From: Macrostomum hystrix | Taxonomy: Eukaryota > Animalia > Platyhelminthes | NCBI GenBank assembly: GCA_950097015.1 | Contig: CATNEN010000001.1 | Span: forward strand, 6,820,001-6,884,000 | Length of the DNA: 64,000 nt | Direction of reading: 5' to 3' | In this document: in pieces, positions 10,101 through 22,900 of the stretch | How positions within the stretch are numbered: the first letter of the stretch is position 1 | Layout: each line of letters starts with the position of its first letter | Program-made: the position numbers and the translations under genes | Notes under the pieces: model-generated | Database searches by the model: none | What the model saw: only the letters and a program-made list of their open reading frames with translations | Told to the model about the DNA's origin: nothing

Positions 10101-11850
10101 TGAGTGTATACACTGCCTTTAAGAAATACATACATAAGAAATTTAGGACAGTTGCACATACCCTGTGTGCGTCTGTGCGCGAAACGGAATGGACGAAATC
10201 TTACTTTTTTATCGATTCTTATTTGAAACTCTCATTCGTATTCTCATCGCCACTTCCAAGAGAAAAAAAAGATCTCACGTTTTGTTGAGATGTTCTCTAG
10301 TGAGAATTCAAAAGCAATGCGACCTCTCCTCGTGTTTCCTGAATTAAGCTTTCAAATTTTCATAACTTAATCGAGGAAAAAAATGCATGCATTTATTTTA
10401 ATAGCAAACCTTTGCTGCAACCACACGAGCCAGACCGAAATTAAGCGACAGTGCACAGCTAGTGGTAACTACTAGTACGTCGCATTGCAGTGTTGTAATA
10501 TCTCGCGGCTCAACACGAATCGAGCATTGGTTATTTAGGCGCATTTCAAAATCGTATGGACCCAGCTGACGCAGGTAGGCTGTGTCCACAGGTGCTGCTG
10601 AAGCTGCGGTGGCACCTGAGACAACTGCCGATGTATCTAAAATGATTAGTTAAGTACTTAAGTTTTATATTATTTTTTGTGATCTTAAAAGAGATAGATA
10701 AATGCTGATGAAACGTTTGATAGAAACTGGAACGTTTAATTAGGGAGGATAACAGCTTACAGATTCCTTAAAGATCTTCTATCAAAGACCTAAGGTGCAA
10801 AAAATTGCCACAGAGTATGCAAAAAGCATTTAACATACCATTGAATACTCCAGGAAAGAGAGGCCTTTTAGTTCGACCAGTGGCACTACTAGAAGATGAA
10901 CTTGAAACTGCAGCGCCACCACTAGAACTAGACACTGGCTGCTCAATAGCCCACTTCCTTAGAGCTGATTGAGCACAACTCAGCACTTCAGGATGGCAGG
11001 CTCGAAGTGTTGCCTGTGTTGATGAAGCCAGCTGCAGATCAATACTATACTGTTCTTCCAGTTCTATCTTGATTGCTGCCAGCTCAGCTTCTGAGAAGCT
11101 GCGAGGTAGCTTCAAAGTGCCAGATATGTCTGAAGATAGGCTAGAATCCTATGCAATTAAATTATAAATGTTCCATTAGAATTACATACAATAAAAATGG
11201 TAGTTTTCTATTTTTATAATGAAAAAAGCCTAATGTTGATTTTTCATCTTGTCAAAGTATTGCACAATAAACAAAGTGATCCTGTACTTACATGTTTCCT
11301 TTCAATTACTTTTGCTGGTACAGTATTGTTAATCAAGAAATCTTCAGATCCTCTAGAAAATACCACTAAAATAGAATGACATGATAAAGATTTGATAACT
11401 ATTATTAAATAAAAATAATATTTATATTATTAGTCTTATTAAGATCATTTAGCAGTTAAATAGTTTTCTATATTTATAGCTAATCGATAATTTTTTTACT
11501 AGTAATTGTAGTAAAATTTAATGCATGAAATTTTGGGCTATCCACCATCAGCAATCAGTAGGGCAAAAAATAGAACTAAAACTAGGGATTTGTTAGAAGC
11601 TGCTAAATTGTTGACCAAAAACTAAAAATAAAACAAAAGAAAGCAATAAAAAGGAATTAGATCAAATTATGTTACCCGGTTTTTTGAAGAACAGCTTAGC
11701 ACGTGTATGATCTCCGTTATAAGGCTTGACAACGCAAATGAAGTCTTCTGAAAAAAGATCGGAGAAGTACGAGTGCACTAGCTCCCAGCTAACCTCATTA
11801 GGACTTGAGTGACGCGAAGACTTGGGAATCGAAAGAAGTATTGTATACAT
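7137..11850 (-). CDS. Deltex-family (DTX3/DTX3L-like) RING-DTC E3 ubiquitin ligase with an internal macro domain, about 633 aa, 7 exons
   Basis: Exons 11850-11676, 11365-11292, 11148-10839, 10636-10410, 9952-9255, 9009-8659, 7203-7137; all GT-AG with matching phases (1902 nt). Deltex C-terminal motifs: GSQP..GSM, SLPGHEG, GLQGPEHPNPGQPY, FTVGTSATTG...TW..VHHKT, HGYPDPTYL..ISDEL..LG. RING: CDLC...CGRGCLCASC...CPLC. Macro-like: RDITTLQCDVLV...GLARVVAAKSG...LPARYILF...VAMTPIG. Confidence 0.9.
7256..8640. repeat. Minisatellite, 13-bp unit TTCAACCAGCA(TA/CC/TC), filling the last Deltex intron
   Basis: Tandem periodicity; produces the spurious 537-aa ORF. Confidence 0.97.
9970..10098 (+). mobile_element. 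SINE family B, rearranged copy in a Deltex-gene intron
   Basis: AGTGGCACAGCGG A-box-like head, ACCAAGGTTCCTGAG, GAGGGCCAACCTCC..GGCACAGTG, GAGTGTATACACTGCCT. Confidence 0.6.
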
Positions 11851-12200
11851 TTTTGGTTGCAGTAAATTAACTTATTCTTTATCTTCGTTATCTTCGTCAC
11901 AGAGAAAGCGAAAATTAGTTTTCTAATAAAGCCATCAATTTTAAATAGTTACTAAAAATAAAAAAGCTATTTTAAAGCCTTGTGTTTATATTTTTATTAA
12001 TAACCTGCATCAAAAAATTAGATGAATATGTGTATATGTATTATTTTTTACTGTTTTTTGTATTCAATCAAGTTTTTTGTTTTAACTTGTTTTAGTTTAC
12101 GACTTGCGGTTTTGTTTTTGCGGCAGCAGCGGCCGGGCGGGGCGTTGTTCTGATGTATTCGTATTTTATCGTGTTTTCAAGAAGACAGCAGGCAATGGCC
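11851..12200. promoter_or_regulatory. Candidate divergent promoter between the Deltex-like gene and the CIP2A cluster
   Basis: Head-to-head gene arrangement, with an isolated GC-box-like GGCCGGGCGGGGCG at about 12131 in very AT-rich DNA. Confidence 0.4.
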
Positions 12201-13934
12201 TAAAGAGCTAATTAAAAGAATTATTAAGACAATTTTCTTGAAAGCGCTGTTGAAGTTTATTTTGTTTCATTGTTAGGCCTATGATAGAGTTACAAAAAAT
12301 AAAGTTTAGAATCATTTGTAAAAATAATTAAGTAGGGGCCTAACCTTTCTTGAACTTTGTGATGTTTATCTGTGACAGTTATTATTTTGTAGTCTTCTAG
12401 ATTCTTAGCTTTCTGCTTTGAAAATGGCTACGCCTACTGCAGATAAAATTTTATAAAGCCACTATTTGAGCTGATGATTTAGCAAGCAGCATGTTGACAT
12501 TTTTTAAATGTATGTAGAGCTTTATACAATAATACAGACTCAGTTATTATTAGTATACGTACACAGATACAGTCATCCGCTAATATATTAATTCCTAGGG
12601 CTAGGATATCCCTTGGATATAAAATTCCTAGCAATAGGATAGTCGTGTGGTAAGGCATATGCCAATTCCACTAAGGCCCAAACTTAGGAACTGCTAGGGC
12701 TAGGGCCTAACATAACATCTAGAAAATGTTAGATTTAATAAATAATAGGCTTATTTAAAACATGATCCTGCTTATTCAAACTGTAAAAAAGAAAGTTCAA
12801 AAAGATTTTATACTAGCTTAGCAATAACTAACTATAACTAACTAACTTAAGGCAGCTGTCAACCTCATATCTACTAACAAGCTATCCAATGGAAGACCAT
12901 TAGTTAGGCCCTAGGCCTATTCCCCCATGACCCCCACCCCAGCTGTAACAGTCTAGATTTTTGGCAGTCCTGGTCCTACACCAAAGGGCCTAACATTAAG
13001 GCCTAAGCCTAAAAAACATAAATGGCTTATTGATAGTTATATTAGCTGTAGCCTATATTTATATTATAGGCTGTGACTCTAATTATAACAATAATGTTTA
13101 GGCCCTAGGGCATGTCATGGACTTTTGTTTCTAAAATTAGGATAGATAGGCCCAGTTGAAACTATTTTGTTTATACTAGATTATAACTATTAATGATTTT
13201 TTCCCAAATAGTTTAATTAACATCACAAGCTAGCCATAGCCTATATGCTAGCTTGCTTTTGTGTAGGTGGCATTGGCCTAGCTATATATTATAAAAATTA
13301 TGCATATGTTACATACATTTTATCTATTTATTTAAAAGTTAAACCATCAGCTATTTAAAAGTAATAATGCTTAAAGATAGGTTTTTAATTTCAATGTGTA
13401 CTCATCTTAGCAACTAATATATCCTTTTTACTTGGCTACTACAAAAATATTATGAATTTGACTTTGACTAGCATGAAAACCTGTTTTAAACTAACATGAT
13501 TACACTGCCAGGATTATAATTCTGTCTTTATAAAAAATAACATAATAAACTTGATACTTGATGATAAACATTAGTAGCTCAATGACAATAGTAATTATAT
13601 TAATTTGACATAACTTGATCTGATATTTGTTATGAAGAGAATATTAAGAGAAGGCTTAATATTCTCACTGGCTTGTTGCATTGTTACAGTGAAAGTGTAC
13701 GAGTACTATATTAAAAAATAGCAAGTCTAGCATGTATAATCTTAAAATTGCTAGAGTATATTTTACAAGACAAACAAAATAATAAACAATGTTTGGGTAA
13801 TAAACTGTCATAAGGAATAGATAAAATGCAACATTTTTTGAATTATATACCTAAAGATAGATTTATTTAATTAATCTTTTCACATTTAAGTTTATTCATA
13901 GCTGTTAAAAATACTTAAAAAATAACTTTTTCAG

Positions 13935-16900
13935 GCAGACTTTTCATCTCTACTAACAGAGCTTGATCACTACCTGGGCAGTAGTGGTAAGCCTCCAGAT
14001 AATGGTACAAGCAACAATGAACTGGTACTGTCACATCGGATTGATGTAAGTTAACAATATTTTAACTTGAAAATCATTGCACAATAATATTAATAAAGAA
14101 TCTTCAGAATAAAAAATCTCGTTATTTTCCACAGCACTTTCTTGGCTTGCATCCATCGCAACTGGAACTTGAGTCCGCTGTGACCAGTGACTGTCTTGAA
14201 GCCCTTCTGGAACTCTTAATCAGCGGACGAAGCGGCCTTTCTCATCCGATTCGTCGAAGATGCGTCAAACTGCTTACTCATCTGGGTGAGTTGTTTTTTT
14301 ATTCCGCAACCTCAATTGTTTTTATACACAACCTGATGATCTGTAAGTTATTTAGACACAATCTGAGGATCTGTCCATGATTGAGCAGACACAACCTGAG
14401 GATCTGTCAATGATTGAGCAGACACAACCTGAGGATCTGTCAATGATTGAGCAGACACAACCTGAGGATCTGTCAATGATTGAGCAGACACAACCTGAGG
14501 ATCTGTCAATGATTGAGCAGACGCAATCTGAGGATCTGTCAATGATTGAGCAGACACAACCTGAGGATCTGTCAATGATTGAGCAGACACAACCTGAGGA
14601 TCTGTCAATGATTAAGCAGACACAACCTGAGGATCTGTCAATGATTGAGCAGACACAACCTGAGGATCTGTCAATGATTGAGCAGACGCAATCTGAGGAT
14701 CTGTCAATGATTGAGAAAAAACCTGAGGATCTGTCAATAATTTAGAAAAAACCTGAGGATCTGTCAATGATTGAGAAAAAACCTGAGGATCTGTCAATAA
14801 TTTAGAAAAAACCTGAGGATCTGTCAATGATTGAGAAAAAACCTGAGGATCTGTCAATAATTTAGAAAAAACCTGAGGATCTGTCAATGATTGAGCAGAC
14901 ACAACCTGAGGATCTGTCAATGATTGAGCAGACACAATCTGAGGATCTGTCAATGATTGAGAAAAAACCTGAGGATCTGTCAATGGTTCAGACACAAACT
15001 AAAGATCTTTCGTCACTTTCATTGCAACTGAGATATATAGGTTACTGTTAAATTAGATTAATTAAGGAACTAGGAATTAAATAAATAAAGGCACATGAGC
15101 TTCCAAATGTACGAGCTTGTAGCTTTGTTAATACACTATTTAAAGTCTTTATTGAATCTGTTCCTGTGTCAACTCGTTTAAAAAGTGTGCACTGTACACT
15201 CTTGTAATAACATAGAGGGGCAGAGAGACAAAAATAGTTTACTGCCCGCGTGTGGCAGTGACCAGTTTGAAGTGGTATAGCTCTCGAGAACCAAGTAGGT
15301 AAGCGATAGGACACACAAAAATATAAGTACGAACAGAGGTCATTTTTAGTATTTTACTAAGGACGAGAACGCGTACCTACTTAGTAGTGCAACTCGAAAT
15401 TTTTGTAAACGTTTATATTTTCAGTTCCTCTAAAACAATTAACATGCACTTTTGCACTTTTAATAGTGTAAATTGAATGTCACGTTTAAGTATAACCTAT
15501 CCTGTAGTATATATAGTATAGTGTACATTCTATGTACTCGTATATACTATACTATATATATTTATATACTCTAGGTTATATATGTATAACGCATTGAAAC
15601 GCTTTTCTCTCTTACATTCAACCAGATCGTCACTCTGACATTCAACCAGATTGTCATTCTGACATTCAACCAGATTGTCACTCTGACATTCGACCAGATT
15701 ATCATTCTGACATTCAACCAGATTTTCATTCTGACATTCAACCAGATTTTCATTCTGACATTCAACCAGATTGTCACTCTGACATTCAAACTGATTGTCA
15801 CTCTGACATTCAACCAGATTGTCATTCTGACATTCAACCTGATTGTCATTCTGACATTCAACCAGATTGTCACTCTGACATTCAACTAGATTGTCACTCT
15901 GACATTCAACCAGATTGTCACTCTGACATTCAACCAGATTGTCACTCTGACATTCAACCAGATTGTCATTCTGACATTCAACCAGATTGTAACTTTGGTA
16001 TTAAAACAAATTTTCACTCCAGCCAGCAGTCGAGCCTGGCAGGAGACACTGCTAGAATCGCACAACTGTCTAGACAAACTGCCGGTGTTTTTTCATCAGC
16101 GCCCTTCGCATCCGTTGCTAACCGACGGCCTGTGCCTACTGCAGTCTCTGTGCTTCGATTACAACTTTGGCGCTTGGACTGACGGAGATCGCACCGCCAC
16201 TGTGGCATCGTTGGTTTCCGTGTTGCTATTCTATGTCAGGTAAAGCATTGGGGTCAGTGTTTTGTCTACGAACATAATTGATGTAAAGTTGTAGTTCTAG
16301 ATTCGGGATTCAAGCTTGTGGATTTGGGATTTTTGTTCTGTGGATTTAAGATTCTAGTTTTGTGGATTTAGGGTTCCAGTTTTGTGGATTTAGGATTCTA
16401 GTTTTGTGGATTTAGGATTCTAGTTTTGCGGATTTAGGATTCTAGTTCTGTGGATTTAGGATTCCAGTTTTGTGGATTTATGATTCTAGTTTTGTGGATT
16501 TAGGATTCTAGTTTTGTGGATTTAGGGTTCCAGTTTTGTGGATTTAGGATTCCAGTTTTGTGGATTTATGATTCTAGTTTTGTGGATTTAGGATTCTAGT
16601 TTTGTGGATTTTGGTTTCTAGTTTTTTGGATTTAGTATTCTTGTTTTGTGGATTTAGGATTCTAGTTTTGTGGATTTAGGATTCTAGTTTTGTGGATTTG
16701 GGATTCTAGTTTTGTGGATTTAGGATTCTAGTTTTGTGGATTTAGGATTCTAGTTTTGTGGATTTAGGATTCTAGTTTTGTGGATTTAGGATTCTAGTTT
16801 TGTGGATTTAGGGTTCCAGTTTTGTGGATTTAGGATTCTAGTTTTGTGGATTTAGGTTTCTTGTTTTGTGGATTTATGATTCTAGTTTTGCGGATTTAGG

Positions 16901-19900
16901 ATTCTAGTTTTGTGGATTTAGGATTCTAGTTCTGTGGATTTAGGTTTCTTGTTTTGTGGATTTATAATTCTAGTTTTGTGGATTTAGGATTCTAGTTTTG
17001 TGGATTTAGGATTCTAGTTCTGTGGATTTAGGTTTCTAGTTTTGTGGATTTAGGTTTCTTGTTTTGTGGATTTAGGATTCTAGTTTTGCGGATTTAGGAT
17101 TCTAGTTTTGTGGATTTAGGATTCTAGTTTTGTGGATTTAGGATTCTAGTTTTGTGGATTTAGGTTTCTTGTTTTGTGGATTTATAATTCTAGTTTTGTG
17201 GATTTAGGTTTCTTGTTTTGTGGATTTAGGATTCTAGTTTTGTGGATTTAGGTTTCTTGTTTTGTGGATTTAGGATTCTAGTTTTGTGGATTTAGGGTTC
17301 CAGTTTTGTGGATTTAGGATTCTAGTTTTGTGGATTTAGGGTTCCAGTTTTGTGGATTTAGGATTCTAGTTTTGTGGATTTAGGATTCTAGTTCTGTGGA
17401 TTTAGGATTCCAGTTTTGTGGATTTATGATTCTAGTTTTGTGGATTTAGGATTCTAGTTTTGTGGATTTATGATTCTAGTTTTGTGGATTTAGGATTCTA
17501 GTTCTGTGGATTTAGGATTCCAGTTTTGTGGATTTATGATTCTAGTTTTGTGGATTTAGGATTCTAGTTTTGTGGATTTAGGTTTCTAGTTTTGCGGATT
17601 TAGGATTCTAGTTTTGTGGATTTAGGATTCTAGTTTTGTGGATTTAGGGTTCCAGTTTTGTGGATTTAGGATTCTAGTTTTGTGGATTTAGGATTCTAGT
17701 TCTGTGGATTTAGGATTCCAGTTTTGTGGATTTATGATTCTAGTTTTGTGGATTTAGGATTCTAGTTTTGTGGATTTATGATTCTAGTTTTGTGGATTTA
17801 GGATTCTAGTTCTGTGGATTTAGGATTCCAGTTTTGTGGATTTATGATTCTAGTTTTGTGGATTTAGGATTCTAGTTTTGTGGATTTAGGTTTCTAGTTT
17901 TGCGGATTTAGGATTCTAGTTTTGTGGATTTAGGATTCCAGTTTTGTGGATTTATGATTCTAGTTTTGTGGATTTAGGATTCTAGTTTTGTGGATTTAGG
18001 ATTCTAGTTTTGTGGATTTAGGATTCTAGTTTTGTGGATTTAGGTTTCTAGTTTTGTGGATTTAGGATTCTACCCGTATAAAACGGAATGGTCACAAAAA
18101 AGAATATTAAATTGTAAAAGCTACTGTTTCAGAAACGACTCGGACATGGCTATCTACGAGCCCTCGCTCGGCATTCTGACCTCCCTACTTCGTGGCAATT
18201 CCGTTTGCCAGTCTTTAGTTCGCAATTCGGACAAATTTCACTGGCTAAAGAAGCAACTATTGAAGAATTTGGAGAACCCGTCGCTTAGCATTACAATCTA
18301 CTCGATGTCTTTAATCTACTATTTAGGCGGCTGCGGTGAACAATTGTTTAATTGTCCGACTAATTCTTATCAGAGTATACAGGCGGTGTTTCACGTGCTG
18401 TTAACTGGCAGTTGCAATAGTCGTTGGGCGCCGCTATACTCGGCCAATTTGCTCATCGATATTGCTACTTCTGGATTTAATCAGGATCTATTGCCTACCT
18501 ACGAGTATTTGCCTGTCTGTTTGGGACCACTGCTTGATCAATTAGCTGCTGAGAAACTGCTACAGGGAAAGGTAAGTTACATTTTTTCCCTGTCGCTTAG
18601 TCCCATTTTTTATTTATACACTTAGTTGTGACATTGTAAATTCCTCAGATTCTCAGTTTAAATCTTCTTATCTGTCTAATCCTCGAGAAAAAATTGACGG
18701 GAGAGGCGAAACACAGGAGTGAGGAGACACAAGAGGGCGTGATAAGACGCGGATGAGAGATGAGGCACGGGAGAGATGAGGCACGGGAGAGATGAGACAC
18801 TGGAGAGATTAGACACCGGGGAGATTAGACACTGGAGAGATGAGACACTGGAGAGATTAGACACCGGAGAGATTAGACATTGGAGAGATTAGACACTGGA
18901 GAGATGAGACACGGGAGAGATGAGACCACGGGGAGAGATGAGACACCGGAGAGATTAGACACCGGGGAGATTAGACACGGTAGAGATGAGACACTGGAGA
19001 GATTAGACACCGGGGAGATTAGACACTGGAGAGATGAGACACTGGAGAGATTAGACACCGGAGAGATTAGACACTGGAGAGATGAGACACGGGAGAGATG
19101 AGACCACGGGGAGAGATGAGACACCGGAGAGATTAGACACCGGGGAGATTAGACACGGTAGAGATGAGACACTGGAGAGATGAGACACTGGAGAGATGAG
19201 ACACTGGAGAGATGAGACACGGGGAGATTAGACACGGTAGAGATGAGACACTGGAGAGATGAGACACTGGAGAGATGAGACACTGGAGAGATTAGACACC
19301 GGAGAGATTAGACACGGGAGAGATGAGACCACGGGGAGAGATGAGACACGGGAGAGATGAGACACGGGAGAGATTAGACACTGGAGAGATGAGACACGGG
19401 AGAGATGAGACACCGGAGAGATTAGACACCGTAGAGATGAGACACTGGAGAGATTAGACACCGGAGAGATTAGACACCGGAGAGATTAGACACGGGAGAG
19501 ATGAGACCACGGGGAGAGATGAGACACGGGAGAGATGAGACACGGGAGAGATTAGACACTGGAGAGATGAGACACGGGAGAGATGAGACACGGAAAGAGA
19601 TAAGAAACGGGAAAGAATAGACGCGGAAGAGATGAGACACGGAAAGAGATAAGAAACGGGAGAGAATAGACACGGGAGAGAATAGACACCGTAGAGATAA
19701 TAAAATACGATCTAAGAAATAATTAAAATCCCCAGTAAGTTTAAACTAGACCCAAAGTCAAATCTCCCCAAATTGACCATACTGCCAGATTCTGGAAGTA
19801 CTTCACGTCCTGTGCAGTCACGAGCGCAGCAGGAAGCTAGTATTCGATCAGATCCTGATGAATTCCGCACTTCAAAGCGACGCCTCGGATGCGAAATTGA

Positions 19901-22900
19901 AGAACAGCAGTTTAGCATTTGTAGCCATCCTGTCTGCTGCCCAAGACTCGTGCGATTCCGCCTGTAAAGCTGTTCGCCTATTGGCCGAACTCTATGGCCA
20001 CTATGCAGCCACTCAGTGTCAGGCAAAGTCTAGGCTGGAACTACTTTTAAACTATCTGCTGCCGCAACTCAGCGTTGATAGTTTACAGTGCGGCCAATTT
20101 ATTACGGAAGCTTTCGAACGAAATGTGGCTAGATTAGCCGCCTACTGCAAACTGCTGGCTGGTGAGTTGCGGTTAAGAGTCCACATTTTTAGCGATTCGA
20201 TAGGACTCATCAGAAATCCTGGAGGATTCCCGAGGATTTAAAATTAATTCTATTGAACCATATCATATTATATTATTGCTAAGGACAAAGTTTTTTTTTC
20301 TAAAATCTAGGAGTATCCTGGGAATCTAGGAGTATTCCTGGGGATCTGGTAGGGTTCTTAACGATCTAGGAGGATTCCTCAGGATCTGGGAGGACTCTTG
20401 AGGATCTGGGAGGAATCCAGATGATCTGGGAGGATTCCTCAGGATCTGGGAGGACTCTTAAGGATCTGGGAGGAATCCAGATGATCTGGGAGGATTCCTC
20501 AGGATCTGGGAGGACTCTTGAGGATATGGGAGGACTCCTGAGGATCTGGGAGGAATCCTGATGATCTGGGAGGATTCCTCAGGATCTGGGAGGACTCTTG
20601 AGGATATGGGAGGAATCCTGAGGATCTGGGAGGATTCCTCAGGATCTGGGAGGACTCTTGAGGATATGGGAGGACTCCTGAGGATCTGGGAGGAATCCTG
20701 ATGATCTGGGAGGATTCCTCAGGATCTGGGAGGACTCTTGAGGATATGGGAGGAATCCTGAGGATCTGGGAGGATTCCTCAGGATCTGGGAGGACTCTTG
20801 AGGATATGGGAGGACTCCTGAGGATCTGGGAGGAATCCTGATGATCTGGGATGATTCCTCACGATCTGGGAGGACTCTTGAGGATATGGGAGGAATCCTG
20901 AGGATCTGGGAGGACTCCTGAGGATCTGGGAGGAATCCTGATGATCTGGGATGATTCCTCACGATCTGGGAGGACTCTTGAGGATATGGGAGGAATCCTG
21001 AGGATCTGGGAGGACTCCTGAGGATCTGGGAGGAATCCTGATGATCTGGGAGGATTCCTTAGGATCTGGGAGGACTCTTGAGGATCTGGGAGGAATCCTG
21101 AGGATCTGGGAGGACTCCTGAGGATCTGGGAGGACTCCTGAGGATCTGGGAGGACTCCTGAGGATCTGGGAGGACTCCTGAGGATCTAGGACTCCTGAGA
21201 ATCTGGGAGGATTTCTGAGGATCTGGGAGTATTTCTGGGGATCTGGGAGGATTTCCTGGGATCTCGGAGTATTCCTGGGAATCTGGGAGTATTTCTGGAG
21301 ATCTGGGAGTACTCCTGGGAATCTGGAAGTATTTTTGGAGATCTGTTAGTATTACTGGGATCTGGGTGGATTCCTGAAGATCTGAGAGTATTCCTGGGGA
21401 TGTGAGAAGATTCCTGGGTAGCTAAGTATCTGAGAAAATTCCTAGGAAGACAGGAAGTCCTGTAAGACATTTTTGAAGGACATTTAAGGTGATTTAGTTC
21501 GTAATAGTTGTATTCTAATGAATGACACTTTCGAAGGTCTATGCGATCAGACTCAATGGTGCGATCTGATTGGCCGACACCTAGTGACTGATCGCTGCTT
21601 AGACCTGCTCGATTGGCTAGCTGAAAGGTGCTGCAAAATTGATGGCGCCGTTGCTAAGCTACGATCTGGCGCTGTTGGTAGACGATCCTGGATCTATACT
21701 GGTCAGCTGTGCGGTCTGAGATTAATCTGGTTGCTATGTCGGGTCAGCGGTTTCAATGGAGCCACCGGTGTAAGTAAGAATAGTCGCCTAGCGGCCCAGA
21801 TTGAAGCTAGACTATGTCCGCCAACTAATACTAACGGGACAGCGAATGGTGAACAGCACAAACCCGCTTCTTCATCTTCGCTGGCTCGCCTGTTAGCCTG
21901 CGGCCTTGCCTGTCACGTTGACGATCATCACGCTGATTGCGATCTGGTTGAAGTCAGCCTGCGTGTTGTTTGCCTGGCCGGTCAGAAACTGCTGCCTTGG
22001 TGAGCTCGCGAGTTGGGTTACACTTCCCCACCTGACCCACTGACTCACTGACCCACTGACTCACTCACCTAGTGACCTAGTGACCCACTGGTCTAGTGAC
22101 CCACTGGTCTAGTGACCCACTGGTCTAGTGACCCACTGGTCTAGTGACCCACTGGTCTAGTGACCCACTGGTCTAGTGACCCACTGGTCTAGTGACCCAC
22201 TGGTCTAGTGACCCACTGGTCTAGTGACCCACTGGTCTAGTGACCCACTGGTCTAGTGACCCACTGGTCTAGTGACCCACTGATCGACTCCTTGCCAAAT
22301 TATAATCCTTACCTGACCAATCGACTCACCAGCTCACAATCTTTTGTTTGACACACAGACACAGTCGCTCTTGGTAACTCTAGATTTCTTATTTTACTTT
22401 ATTTTATTTTCAGCGTAGCTCGTGAACTGGTTTCTCTCCTGTCGGAACGTCGGCGCTATTTATCTCGCAGCTCTACAACAGCTTCGAGCGGTCCTTCAGC
22501 TCTGCCTAGCAACGGTTGCTATGCGGCTGCTGGCCTAATTGCCGGTGAATTAAACGGTAACAACGGAGTAGCCTCCGCTGCCAGCGGTTCTGGCGCATCT
22601 GGCAGCGCATCGGCTGTGAATGGAGTCAACGGTGGGCAAGATTGCCCATCCAGTTTGGATCAGCTGATTAACGATGTGAAACACCGATTAAGTGTGAGTC
22701 TGAGTTAGGAGTATCCGTTTGTTTATTTATAGTGTCCGATCAGGATTAAGAATATAATTTCGGATTCAACGTTAGGATTAAGATCGATAAGGGTAAAAGT
22801 GACAGGTTAGAAAAACTGTGACAGATTAGGTGACATTGTGACAGATTAGGTGACATCTGTAATAGATTAGGTGACATCTGTAATAGATTAGGTGACATTG

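Noticed and set aside
12424-12456. ATG ORF (MATPTADKIL) as CIP2A first exon
   Set aside because: It ends in a stop after 10 codons with no GT donor in a suitable position.
16290-18071. Interstitial telomeric repeat
   Set aside because: TTAGG(G) occurs only once per 22-bp unit; there are no tandem TTAGGG runs.
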